DNA of 63,651 nucleotides, counting the filler, from Octopus bimaculoides (lineage: Eukaryota), in the NCBI RefSeq assembly GCF_001194135.2. It is 6 parts of 6 records of this genome, joined end to end, with 100 filler letters (N's around TTAATTAATTAA, not from the genome) between each part and the next. Parts side by side here need not be neighbours in the genome. Positions count along the whole stretch, not along the records: positions 25,490 to 43,617 come from NC_068988.1; positions 43,718 to 53,264 come from NW_026372147.1; 4 more parts are not named here. One strand, given 5' to 3'. Each line of letters opens with the position of its first letter. Within the stretch, counting starts at the first letter, position 1. Of the stretch, positions 38,559-51,487 are shown in pieces. Under the pieces are notes generated by a model that saw only the letters and a program-made list of their open reading frames with translations, was not told where the DNA came from and did no database searches. The translations under genes were made by a program, and so were the position numbers.

Positions 38559-41455
38559 TATACTTGTAACTAGGACTTTACATAGTGAGGTAATACACCA
38601 AGAGTGCCTACGGATACGTCTATCCCTCAGATGGTTGCATAACCTCTAACTTAGATCTTGCTTAACATATATTTCTTGCTAAGTTGCATTAGCCAGACAT
38701 AACTCAAGCACCTACAGGCAAAATGGAGCAAATTACAATAGAAACCTCATTAAAGGATATACCGATTCCACCTAAAGATGTATATCTAAAGGAAGTGATT
38801 GCAAAATTAACAGCCTTTACCCACCGCTTACGATGAAAAACCTTATTCTACGATAAAAGCAACTAAGCAGAGACGACCTATCACAACAACAGCAAAGACT
38901 TTACCAAAGGAATTTTCAAAACTAGAAAAGCACCCCCACCAAACAGCCACTTGGACGCCTTTGAGAAGAAACTATGGGATACTATTAAGAACCTAAAATT
39001 TAAACGACACCCACTAAGGAATAATGCTTACCAAAGAAGCTTAAAGGGCCTACTACACAAACTGAAATTGCAAAAGGGAATTATTGTACACTCCGATAAA
39101 ACCAGACACTCTTATATTTTGGATATTAACTTATACCACTGGTTGTGGCTTAAAGAAATAACCAAAAAAAATACAATATAGTACCCAATAACACCTTAAG
39201 ATCTTTGAACTTATCCACCAAGAAGATTATAACCAACTACAACATAGATGAGAAAACTGAACCTTTCGCACCTTCCAGACCCCGCATAACAATTAAGGAC
39301 CATAAAGTTAATTTCTTAAGAAATACGAAAGTTAGACTAATATGCCCCAATAAATTCGATCTTTGTAAATTAAGTAAATTAATATTAGATAAATATATCC
39401 CTACTATAAAAAATAAAATAACCCTTGAATTATGGTCAAATACCTATGAAGCCCTTAACTGATTCTCCAAGATACAGAATAAAAATAACTATAAGTTCTT
39501 ACAGATAGACATAGAGGATTACTACTCATCAATTAACCCTACGACCCTAAATAGCGCTCTTATTTTCGCCAAAACACATACCGAACAAACAATGAATGAA
39601 ATTAAGGTAATCTTAGAAGCGAGGAAATCCATAATAAATTTCGATAACAAACTATGGGTAAGGAAAGATACCCCTAATAACTTCGACATCACTATGAGTG
39701 ACCCTGATACAGCACAGGTAACCAACTTAGTAGACATTTACTTATTATCACATTTACAGGAAGAATTCAGAGGAGATTAGGGAAGGCCTCTACAGAGACG
39801 ACGCAGTATTTATCCTGAAGAACATCTCAAATAGGAGACTAGAACTACTAAAGAAAAAATTATAGAAGTTTTTTAAACGTTTTGGCTTAACTTTTACAAT
39901 AGAAAAAGAGCATAATTCTATTAACTACTTAGATGCTAACTGCAACCTTACCACGGGATTACACGAACCCTACATAAAACCGAATACAAACCTTAAATAT
40001 ATAAATGCACTTAGCAACCACCCTAACTTTGTAAAAAGAGGCCTAGTACAAAGCATCAGCAAGAGAATCTCTTCCAACGAAGCTATCTTTAATAAGTATA
40101 AAGAATTCTACAACAGCGCATTAGAAAAAGCAGGGTATAAGCAAAAAATTAAATACCATTACTCAGAAACCTATAAAAATAACCCTAATAACATAAATGT
40201 TTAAATAATAGGAATTATTCCCAAAATGACTATAATAACCACAAAAACAATAAGAACAACATTAATAGGAATAACAGTAAATAGTAAGAAGAATGATAAG
40301 ATTCAAAATAATATGAATAACAACATTAAAAATGATGACAGAAATACTAATAATGGGAAGAATAACGATATTAAGAATAATAATATTATTAATAATAAAA
40401 ATATAAATAAAAATAACGCACCTTAAAGAACCAATAGAAATGTTAGAAAGGATAATAGCAAGATATATAAAATGAATAAATCGTACAGAAACAACCCCAA
40501 TAAAATTGACAGTAATAATAATAAAAATAACAACAGAAAGAAGAATAATTATAACCATAACTTTACGATCAACAATAATACTGAGGACAACTTCTACACC
40601 AAAACAATAATATTAAAAATAACGAACGGAATAAGGATAACATCTGGCTAATAATCTCCTTCGCGATGCAGCTTAAAACCAACATAGTTAAATCTATAAT
40701 AAGACTTAGAAATAAGCACTTTAATATGAATACCAAATACTCAGAAATCTTTAACAATAAAATTAGAGTAGGCCATAGCTTAACTAGCAACCTAGCTACT
40801 ATTATAGCCTCTATCAACAGTAATAAGCAAGTCGCCTTCTATGAAACTAGGAAGAATAGTAATATAAAGCACTACAACCGATCGACGGATATAATAAATG
40901 ACCTCCCTAATAACTCGCCCTCAAATAGTGCGGACAACTACCTTATAAATAATAACCCGCCTCAGCATATCATAGGCACAGACAAGCTTAATAATCTATG
41001 TGGCTGCAGAGATAAAAATACTTGTGAATTCTCAAATAAATGTAAAACTAAAAACGTAATCTTCCAATGTGATATACTCGCAAATAATTACAACTAAAAA
41101 TGAAATGAAACTTAGATATAATTCTCATTGCTCAAGTTTCAGAAATAGAAGTAATTCTAACTCTACCGGACTAAGTAGTTACATCATCTGGGAACTGAAA
41201 AACAACATTAACTATAGATTAGAATGGTGTATCCTAACCAAAACTTCTTCATATAACATTAATAATAATCGATGTAATTAATGTATAAACGAGAAATCTT
41301 TCATTTTAATAGCCAAATCAGAATTACATAATAAACGAGACGAGAAAAAAATTACCAGACAACTAGTTGTAAGGTGTCGATGACTGAGACATCGACCACT
41401 CAACCTACCCAATTAATGTTCCTTCAGGAGAGCCTCTACACGGTCACTCGATCTA
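38559..41455 (+). mobile_element. Penelope-like retroelement (Naiad-type motifs), decayed
   Basis: Near-complete RT plus C-terminal GIY-YIG ORF with flanking segments; see the pseudogene entry. Confidence 0.85.
38723..41383 (+). pseudogene. Penelope-like RT + GIY-YIG endonuclease ORF with stops and frameshifts
   Basis: MEQITIETSLKDIPIPPK..RLR*K; HSDKT; KVRLICP; DIEDYYSSI; FDITMSDPDTAQVTNLVDIYLL; GLYRDDA; IWLIISF..LKTNIVK; CGCRDKNTCEFSNKC; KLRYNSH..SF; TGLSSYIW; RCN*CINEK; NKRDE. Confidence 0.85.
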
Positions 41456-41929
41456 ACCGAACTATCTATTTTAATCTACGTAGTACACTAGGGAATTATT
41501 CCTATGTAATAAATTCACTTGAAAACTAGACTACCGACCCACTTACACGTTATAATTTCCATTGATTTTAATGATTTTTATGTACTCTTCAACTCTGCTT
41601 ACTATTCATTTACATAGCCCATATGTATACACTATGTCGTACAAACTTTAAATAGCATCCTTAGCTCTTAACAAGGCTTTCCTTTCTAATCATAGGGACT
41701 AACTTATAAGTCACAAATTACCGTTACTTATAACTAATAACACCAGATATCCCCACCAGGTATAACTCCTTCGGCCAACACCGCCTGTCAAATAGCCACT
41801 GTCCCCACTTACTACCACACGCATATAATGAAGGAATCTACAACCACATGGAACTATACAAGTCACTAAAATGTAAGCCTAAAGATTTAATGAACTTTTT
41901 TCTTTGTAGGTTCAAAAAAACACAAAAAA

Positions 41930-42034
41930 CAATAGCAAAAAAGTGAGGACGTGATACGGATAGTGTTATTGGACGCTCGGGAAAGCAAAGAGAGAGAGTA
42001 TGACGTTTCGGGCGGAGCCCTTCGTCGGAAAGAC
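41930..42034 (-). repeat. Penelope-type short repeat with hammerhead-like motif
   Basis: Minus strand TCTTT-CCGACGA-A-GGGC-TCC-GCCC-GAAA-C-GTC; shares TTCCCGAGCGTC with the 28 kb family. Confidence 0.65.
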
Positions 42035-42344
42035 NNNNNNNNNNNNNNNNNNNNNNNNNNNNNNNNNNNNNNNNNNNNNNNNNNNNNNNNNNNNNNNNNN
42101 NNNNNNNNNNNNNNNNNNNNNNNNNNNNNNNNNNNNNNNNNNNNNNNNNNNNNNNNNNNNNNNNNNNNNNNNNNNNNNNNNNNNNNNNNNNNNNNNNNNN
42201 NNNNNNNNNNNNNNNNNNNNNNNNNNNNNNNNNNNNNNNNNNNNNNNNNNNNNNNNNNNNNNNNNNNNNNNNNNNNNNNNNNNNNNNNNNNNNNNNNNNN
42301 NNNNNNNNNNNNNNNNNNNNNNNNNNNATATACACACGCACACA

Positions 42345-43090
42345 CAGGGTGCGGTGAATAAATTGTCGTCTAAATTACGTAAAAATGAAAATAACACTGA
42401 CATCTCATTTTAACAGATATATTTACTAAAACTACATAGAAATATCTTGAAATACTAAAGAGTAAATTCATTCAATAGAACCTCTTTCAACTCTTCTGGA
42501 TGGTCTGCTTGTTTAAGTTGGTGAACGCTGCTATAATTCTTGCCTTCAGTTCAGCTTTGGTCTTACAAGGAGTTTTGTTGGTCTCTCGCTCAACTGTGCC
42601 CCACACATAATAATCAAGGGAGTTGCAGTGTTGGGAGCTGTTAGGCCAGATGTTAGGGGTGATGTGGTCGCAGAAATTGTCTGACAGTCATGACTGAGTT
42701 CTCCTGCCTGTGTGGCATGGTGCAGAGTCCTGTTGCCAGACATAGGGTCTTCCAATAGCCACCCTCTTGACCCAGGGCAGCACTACCTACTCCAAGTACT
42801 TGATATAGGCCTCCATGTTAGAAGATGAATGGAGGCACAACGTCGCCATCACTAATGATCACTCCAAACACTATGATGTTGACTGGACGCTTGATTTTTA
42901 TCACTCTCGGTGCATGTCCTAAGATTGCACTGTCCTCAGATTGACACCCAAATACTCTTAAATATTCGTATTGGAGGTGCCAGCGCAGTACAGCATGTCG
43001 TTTCCAAATTTCTGGCTGAGCGAATTCCACCATAGTGCAGTTATTCTCACAGACGATGCCCAACTGACTCTATTATACAGTGTAGTCGAC
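42345..43090 (-). mobile_element. maT/DD37D-like Tc1/mariner relic with one TIR
   Basis: TIR-like CAGGGTGCGGTGAATAAATTGTCG; minus frame VFGVIISDGDVVPPFIF and LPWVKRVAIGRPYVWQQDSAPCH..NIWPNSS..NSLDYYVWG. Confidence 0.8.
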
Positions 43091-43159
43091 AAAATCAAAA
43101 ACAAACAATGCACATGCGCGAAATTACCTATGGCGACAAATTACCCATCGCACCTGCGT

Positions 43160-43207
<48 letters not shown>

Positions 43208-43209
<2 letters not shown>

Positions 43210-43590
43210 TCTTTTATTTTTTGTTTCAGTCATTTGACTGCGGCCATGTTAGAGCACCGCCTTTTGTCGAACAAATCGACACCAGGACTAATTCTTTGTA
43301 AGCCTAGTACTTATTCTATCGGTCTATTTTTCCGAACTGCTAAGTTACAGAAATGTAAACACATCAGCATCGGTTATCAAGCGATGGTGGGAGTACAAAC
43401 ACACACACACACACACACACACATACATATATACATACGACGGGCTTCTTTCAGTTTCCGTCTACCAAATCCACTCGCAAGGTTTTGGTCGGCCCGAGGT
43501 TATAGTAGAAGACACTTGCCCAAGGTATCACGCAGTGGGACTGAACCCGGTGTTATGTGGTTGGTAAGCAAGCTACTTACCACACAGCCA
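43208..43590 (-). mobile_element. SINE family 1, full length
   Basis: Complete tail, body, (CA)n, CCTTGGGCAAGTGTCTT segment and tRNA-like head. Confidence 0.9.
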
Positions 43591-43804
43591 GTTTTGCACA
43601 CACACACACACACACACNNNNNNNNNNNNNNNNNNNNNNNNNNNNNNNNNNNNNNNNNNNNTTAATTAATTAANNNNNNNNNNNNNNNNNNNNNNNNNNN
43701 NNNNNNNNNNNNNNNNNAGTACTGCTCTATTACCTAGGACAGTACTACTATTACACACATAAATGTCACAGATCACATCTCAGTGATTGTTAACTGGTTG
43801 ATGA

Positions 43805-43910
43805 ATCATTTACCAAAGTCGACCTTGGCAGAATTTGAACTCAGAACGTAGCGGCAGACGAAATACCACTAAGCATTTTGCCCGGCGTGCTAATGTTTCT
43901 GCCAGCTGGC
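43805..43910 (-). mobile_element. SINE family 2 head
   Basis: AAAGTCGACCTTGGCAGAATTTGAACTCAGAACGTAGCGGCAGACGAAATACC..GCCCGGCGTGCTAA. Confidence 0.85.
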
Positions 43911-45463
43911 TGAATACCTTTGTATTTTTGGATACCTATCTTTTAAAAGCTTGAAGTGATATTTAAATATAATTGCTATGTACAGTAATGAATGTGGAAA
44001 TACAGAGAACCTAAGTTTTCAATCTTCAACAACTATGAAAAAGTTTTTATTTGCATAAAAATTGCCCCTTTTAATATGGAATCAGAAAATTTAAAATCAA
44101 TGCAGCAATCAATTTAATAAACATAAGCTGATAATTGATTCAGTTTATTCTAAAACCATACTCTAAATGGTCTGTTAATTATTTACATTAAATGCATATA
44201 TTTTAAGAATAGGTAAAAGAAATCGTTTTATTTAAAAACAATTGAAGGCATGCTTCCATTGCACACTGTTAGGTAAATATATCTTGCTTTTGGAAGTATG
44301 ATTTGACAATGATAGGCATAAATAATTCTTCAGATATGCCTTTATCTTTTAGCTTTTATCTTTTAGCTTTTATCTTTTACTTGTGTTAGTCATTTGACTG
44401 TGGCAATGCTGGAGCACCACCTTGAGAGATTTATTTTTTCATCCATATCAATTTTACCGAAGGTATTTGCAGAAAATGCTACTTTTGGTTATAGTTGATT
44501 GAAATTTTGGAAACAAATGTTGAACACTTTATAGCTGAGTTCTAAATTTAAAAATTAATGTTGAATTGTGATCATTTAGTGTATGGTAGTATTTTCTGTT
44601 GCAAGAATTGGTATTTGGTAATTTGTTTTTGTATGTTAGAGAGTAATGATCAAATTTTACTTTGGACTATACTGAGTATGTATGAACCATGATATGATGG
44701 TAGTAGGACATGAGCATTGAATCTTGAGGTAGAGAGGAATGAAGCAAGCATGATTCATTAGATGTGTAATGCTAATTTACACGAAATCAGTGACCTGAGG
44801 CAATGACTGGGTGTTAGAATTATCAGCTAATGTATGCAGGGAAGATTAATATGAAGATGTAAGACGTAAACATTTCTTTGTGTGTAACTTGATTTGTGTT
44901 TTAAATGTGTAAAGCACTCTGAAAGTTGTTTTGTCAGCCATATCGTAGCTGGAATCTCAAATTTCAATAGCTTATGAATTTCTAGTGTTGTTAGTTCAAC
45001 GTTATGAACTGGGTCTACTTTGTATGTATTTTGAAATCAAAAGAAAACAAAGGGTATTACCATGTTTAAACCAATCAATGTTGGTCCTTCATTGCGAATT
45101 GATTTTATGACCAATGCGAAGAAATTAATATTTTGTCATACAAAACAAAGATACAAATAAGAATTTATCTCTTATGAATAACTGTTTCTCTACATAATAA
45201 TGATTTGTTATCAATATACTCATGATTAAGACACTGAAATTAATAATTGAAACTATTTCGATTTTTTAATTACCCTGCATGCGTAAGCAAAAGAATAGTA
45301 TTGTAATCACTGGTCTTTGTTTGTCTGTGTGTTTGCAAAAGTACTGGAAAATGACTGAACAGATTTTCACCAAATTTAGAAGAAACACTCATTGGGTGAG
45401 TGGTTTGAAATGAAAATTTGGTTTGATTATCTTCAAACATACATAAATACATACATAGATATG

Positions 45464-45497
<34 letters not shown>

Positions 45498-46649
45498 TGT
45501 ACTCTATTGGATTCAAGGGTTTCGTTTATTTATGAGTTGATTTCTAAATTTCACCAGAGTATAAATAGCCATAATGGTGATACTTGAAAAAAAAAAATTA
45601 TTTAAAAAAAATTGAACTTACAAATTTCCTAATAAACAAGCAGTCATATTATTTATACCCTACAATGAACTACAGTATATTTGATTCACCTACTATCATT
45701 GAAAAACATTCAAAACACTTCTCAAATTTTATGCAATATTTTCTCTAAGTATTTCATTTTGTTTGCTTTCTTTTTCATAATCATTATTATTTGAATAATC
45801 ATTTATTTAGTCATATGCAAATTTTACTCATATGCAAATTGCATGTTAAACTTTCCAGAACAACCTTTGATTTTCTTGTATTCAACTTGTATTTTAGCAT
45901 TTCACTGTAAAACTATTGAAATAGAAAGTTTTTTTGTTTTTTTTAACAAGCATGATTCTTCAGTCAGAAATTAGGGAAGAATCTTCATTTTATGCTATTT
46001 TCTCTGAATTTTAACTCCAAACCCCTTAAAATAAGTTTCTAATTTCTTTGCCAACTCATATTTTATTGTTTTCATGAAAATAATTTGTGAAAAAATTTAT
46101 CTGCATGCATGGTATGCATTGCCCACTTGGATGCCTTTTTTTTTCTCATTATTAATTCTTTTCAAAATAAACTGTAGTTTTGAAAATTTCTGTGAATACA
46201 AAATTTCCTTAATTAATATCATTTTCTTTCTATTTCAGGGANNNNNNNNNNNNNNNNNNNNNNNNNNNNNNNNNNNNNNNNNNNNNNNNNNNNNNNNNNN
46301 NNNNNNNNNNNNNNNNNNNNNNNNNNNNNNNNNNNNNNNNNNNNNNNNNNNNNNNNNNNNNNNNNNNNNNNNNNNNNNNNNNNNNNNNNNNNNNNNNNNN
46401 NNNNNNNNNNNNNNNNNNNNNNNNNNNNNNNNNNNNNNNNNNNNNNNNNNNNNNNNNNNNNNNNNNNNNNNNNNNNNNNNNNNNNNNNNNNNNNNNNNNN
46501 NNNNNNNNNNNNNNNNNNNNNNNNNNNNNNNNNNNNNNNNNNNNNNNNNNNNNNNNNNNNNNNNNNNNNNNNNNNNNNNNNNNNNNNNNNNNNNNNNNNN
46601 NNNNNNNNNNNNNNNNNNNNNNNNNNNNNNNNNNNNNNNNNNNNNNNNA

Positions 46650-46874
46650 CAAGGAATGGAATCTGTGTTATTTAAAATGGATCCAGGTACAGGTGCTCTG
46701 AGTATTGCTTCAAATTTAACAAATAAAATAGGATACAAGTGTTTCAATGTTACTGCAAAAGACCAAGGAAATCCACCATTAAATTCAACTACATCTACTT
46801 GTATTAATGTTACTGACATTAACAACAACAATCCAAAATTTGAAAAGCCAAATGATACAATCAGCATACCAGAG
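46650..46874 (+). CDS. Cadherin-repeat gene exon (5' part lost in gap; probable acceptor AG at 46237-46238)
   Basis: QGMESVLFKMDPGTGALSIASNLTNKIGYKCFNVTAKDQGNPPLNSTTSTCINVTDINNNNPKFEKPNDTISIPE; AxDxG and DxNxNxPxF motifs; donor GAG|GTAAGT, phase 0. Confidence 0.9.
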
Positions 46875-47141
46875 GTAAGTATGTTTTAAGTTTAATATTG
46901 ATAACAAAGGTAATGTCTTCTACATTTAACAATATGATGCTTTGCTGAATTCGGAGTTTGAGCAGATAACTCTACATAGTAGAATGAGATATATCCTAAT
47001 GAATAAGGTTAGACTGTTGTAAAGTATAATCTACTTTAATGTCCTGCTAGTCTGTGCCTGTGAGGGATTTTTGTAAATAATATAGATGCTTACATGTAGT
47101 TCCACACACACACACACACACACACATGCACACACACACAC

Positions 47142-47564
47142 CTTTTTTTACTGTGAAGGTTTTGTTAAGCAGAATTAATTTTTACAATTCTGTAAATAAT
47201 AATAACAGTGTTTTATAAGCTTAAAACTTATAAGTGATCACTGTGCAATGACTAAAGAAAATAGTCTGATAGTGGGGCATATAAACCCTTGACAGAAAAA
47301 GTAGGCTTTCCTGTATGTGTAGGACTCAAACCCACACCTCCTTGTTTACGCAACCAAATGTGCTACCATTACAGTTACTAATTATGGTTCTTAAATCTGA
47401 CAGAAAGAAGTAGGTTGGTGCATTGGTGTAACAATAGCACACTTGGTCACACAAGCAAAGAGGTGTAGTTTCAAGTCACATGTGTATGGGGAAACCTATT
47501 ATTAGACTATTTTTTTAGTTATTGTGCAGTGATTACTTATAAGCTTTAAGCTTATGAAATGCTA

Positions 47565-47626
<62 letters not shown>

Positions 47627-47677
47627 TACAGGATTGTAAAAATTGATGCTCCTTAACAAAACCTTCGCAGTAAAAAG
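47142..47677. mobile_element. Fold-back (MITE-like) element with ~230-bp imperfect inverted arms containing tRNA-like heads
   Basis: 47142-47373 is the reverse complement of 47425-47677; a third arm copy with the same spacer lies at 47706-47933. Confidence 0.7.
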
Positions 47678-48034
47678 CACAAGAAAGTTTGTTTACAAAA
47701 ACAACTATGAACTAATTATAGTTCTTAAATATGACAGAAAGAAAAAGGTTGGTGTAACAGTAGCACACTTGGTTGTATAAGCAAAGAGGTGTGGGTTCGA
47801 GTCTCACACAAACGGGAAAACCTACTTTTTCTGTCGAGGGCTTATATGCCCCATTATTGGAGTATTTTCTTTAATCATTGTGCGGTGATTGGTTGTAAGC
47901 TTTAAGTTTAAAAAATACTTTTATTATTTACAGNNNNNNNNNNNNNNNNNNNNNNNNNNNNNNNNNNNNNNNNNNNNNNNNNNNNNNNNNNNNNNNNNNN
48001 NNNNNNNNNNNNNNNNNNNNNNNNNNNNNNNNNN

Positions 48035-48073
<39 letters not shown>

Positions 48074-48089
48074 ATAGATAGATAGATTT

Positions 48090-50810
48090 CTTTATTTAGC
48101 CATACAGGGACGATACAATGCAGAATTTTGCTTTTCGAAACTGATCAATAGGGATCGAAAAACGTTATGGAGTGTGTACACAAGTAGATAACAAGGTGTC
48201 ACTTTTAACAATTTAAATTCTCAAAAGGGGGAGAAAATATAACACTGACTAGCGTTATATGTGGAGAGAAAAACCTATGCAAAAACCACTGTAACCTAGG
48301 GAAAGGGAAAAACTATGAGAGCAAAGTGCCCTCTTTTTTTTGTTTTATAGGTTTGTGCTCAAAGTGATTCTGTCATTCATTCATATCATCTTTGCTACAT
48401 TCATCCACCTTTTATTAAACCTTTTATTAGACAAAACTTCACTCTCTACTCTTACCTTCCTTTTCAAGTGACACTTGAAAAAGTTGATGAGAGGTTCACC
48501 AGAGAGGAAAGTATTTGTCTCTAAGCCTTCCAAACGAGTCCACCATACATATTCTTTTGCCATAGCCAGTATGATGAAAACTGCCTTGCTTTTCCGGTTA
48601 AAGGAAAGTGGCAGAGCAACATTTACGATACGCTTGGCTGACAACCAGATTCGTCCCACATGCAACAGTAGCTATTCGATATAGGTCCACAGCTCTGAAA
48701 TATGTGAACATTGCATGAGTGCTTGCAGAACGGATTTGTTGTTCTGGTATCTCAGGAAGGTCAGTTCGGTGTTTCTTGAATTGTGCCTGTAGAACTTTTC
48801 TTGAACAGGCAATGCTCCTTTTCTTGAACGATAGCACTGCCAGGCCAGGGATTTCTGGAAATTGTCCATAGGTCCTGGCCTGAAAGTGGTCCTAAAGAGG
48901 CGAGTCAGGTATCTCCTGCCGATGCCCAGAGTCTCTCCAAGAATGTCGTTGGACTTCACCTCACTAGTCCTCTATAGAACGTCTTGGTGGAATTGAAATT
49001 ACACAAGTTTGAACTCAGATAGAAGAGCTGCTTGAGAGCATGGTGACACTTGCAGTGCCATTTGCACAGCCTCAGCCCCTGCTTGATCCATAATTGCAGT
49101 TCGGTCAATGAGACGAGCTGCAGGAAAGTGCATCTCACCAATGGCAACCACACCTGTTCACTGTTATCTATGAAATGCTGGAAATGTCGCAGCTTCAGCG
49201 CATGTCTGCACATCATCAACCATGGCATACCCAACCCTCCATTTAGTGGATGTTGACAGCAAATGGATCGCCTAACCATCAGAACACTTCCCTTCCACAA
49301 AAAGTGGAAGAATGTGCGTTCCAGTTTCATGACGGGGGGGGGGGGGTGAGACAAGGTACGATGGTCAGATGGTTGTAGATGACGAATGCGATATATGCAC
49401 TTGCCACCTCAGCCAGACCTTTTAGGGATAGCTTCCCCTCAACCCATAACTGAGTGAGAGTGACTACCTTGCTCGTTATCTTGTCCCAGTTCTTCTCCAG
49501 TTGAAAGTCTGGACTGAACCAGACCCCGAGTAATTTAACCGGTCTGTCAGTCCTGTGTCCCATAATGGAGACACTGTTAGATGACATGGGCTTGCTTCTC
49601 CAGGTGTGGAGCTGCAAGCCCACTGACTTTTCCAGGTTAATTTTTGCTCCTGTTACCGATTCATATTCTCTTAGTGTCTCGCCGACTAGGTCAATATGCC
49701 TGGGGCTGGACACTATGATGGTGACATCATCAGCATATGTAGACACACTCCTTCTGCATCCCAGTTCTCATAGGAAGCCCTTCAGTGTCACCAGTTTCCG
49801 CAGCACTGGCTCTAGAGTCAATACATACAGAAGTGATGAGAGGGGGCATCCCTAACAGACCAAACACGTGATGTTAAATGGCTTAGATGGATAGCCATTT
49901 ACCCAAACTACCAAATGAATGCCACTGTATAAAGCAGTGTGGAAGACTGGACTGAAACCAGCTGTCCTAAGGACAGCCACGAAGTATTGATGGTCGACTC
50001 TATTGAAGGCTTTTGATTGATCCAAATTCATCAGCACCCCACCCATGCCAGGTTCCTTAACTATCCTGTCCATGATGTAGTGTATGCAGTGGAGGTTGTC
50101 ATGGATACTTCTGCCAGGTATGGCGCATGTTTGCACCTTGTTGACCAGTTTCTCAATGACAAGCACCAACCTGTCGGCTAGCACTTTGGCTAAAATTTTC
50201 AAATCTGCATTGAGCAGAGTAATGGGCCTGAAATTATCTATAACGTTCCCCTTGTTTGGGTCTTTCTTTAGCAGTGTCACTGCTCCTTGGCTCACAAAAC
50301 TGGAGCTACTCCCATTTTGTTGCCAGTTGCAGTAAACTGTTGCTAAGAGATCTCCAAACAAGTCTGGTAAATGACAATAAAGTTTATAGGGAAGACCATC
50401 CAAGCTCAGCCATTGCATTCTGTACATCAGAGGCTGTAATGGGACTTTCACAACACTTCACCTCTCTTACTGAGAGTCATGACAGGCCATGCATGTTGGC
50501 ACTAAGGTCTATCCTGTGTTCCAACCCATCAGTTGTCCTGAACAGTTGAGCAAATTGCTGCTGAAAGGCCTCACACATCCTTTCAGGCTCGAGTAATTCA
50601 TGCCCCTGTTGATCTATCAAAGACCGAATGGAGTCTTTGTTGCCATGTGCCTCTACCACCTGGGCCTCCCAGGTGGCTCCAATTCCCTTGTTTTTTAGGG
50701 CACACATCCTGGCTCTGACAATGCAGTCTTCGTGTTTGGCATTGAAGTGTTGGTCAAGGGCCAACCTCACTGCCAGCACATTGGTCATGCTGCCACTTCT
50801 AAGAGCCTAA
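48090..50810 (-). mobile_element. 5'-truncated Tx1/L1-clade LINE, antisense within the cadherin intron
   Basis: LDGLPYKLY, NFRPITLLNADLKILAKVLA, PGRSIHDN, LDQSKAFNRVDH, GCPLS, YADDVT, GAKINLEKS; AATAAA then (TCTA)n/(TA)n at the 3' end. Confidence 0.9.
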
Positions 50811-51487
50811 GATTTGACTGGGTGTTGAATCTTGTTGGACTCATTTTTGGAATGTGTACAGAGAAATAGCTAACACCTATTTAAAGCCACTAAGTGTACA
50901 GGCTTTAGTAGATTAGTTAACTTGATTTGCGACCAGAAAATGTAAAAATATTTCTTAGTATTTTGTTAGTATTGACTTAGTTTCTTAGTATTGACTTAAA
51001 AAAAAATTCTACTAAGTTTATCTTAATACATTTTTATAATGATCTTTTTTACTTTCATCTTCTTTGAAAACTATAACACATATTTGTATTTTCATTAAAT
51101 TTCCATTCGTTATTCCACTGATATAGGGAAGTAATAAGTTAAAAACTTGGCTACAGATGTAAACTGAAATGCTTTGATAAAATTAAAGAAATAATTGATG
51201 AAATAACAAATGCACTGAAAGTCAATTCAATCAGCTGTACTCCCCTTTTCTAAATGTTTACAATTATGCTAATGTTAAAAGTCAATGATAGCTTTTATAA
51301 AAACTAAAGAAGTTACTCTTGAATAAAATGTATTTGATAAATGATCAATATAAACAGCTGTACCAATATACAAATTTTGTATTGATACACAATGCCAAAT
51401 AAAATCCCTTGCCAAGGATATAAAAACAATGACAATTTTCAAAAATATTTTTCTAATATTTGTTTAATTTTTCTTTCTTCTTTGCAG

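Noticed and set aside
38831-41283. In-frame stops in the Penelope-like ORF as selenocysteine codons
   Set aside because: RLR*K replaces a Trp (TGG to TGA) and RCN*C is TAA replacing Leu. Neither is at a Cys position, and frameshifts show general decay.
47425-47810. tRNA genes in the fold-back arms or SINE heads
   Set aside because: They have A/B-box-like motifs but no complete cloverleaf or acceptor stem, and they occur as diverged repeats.
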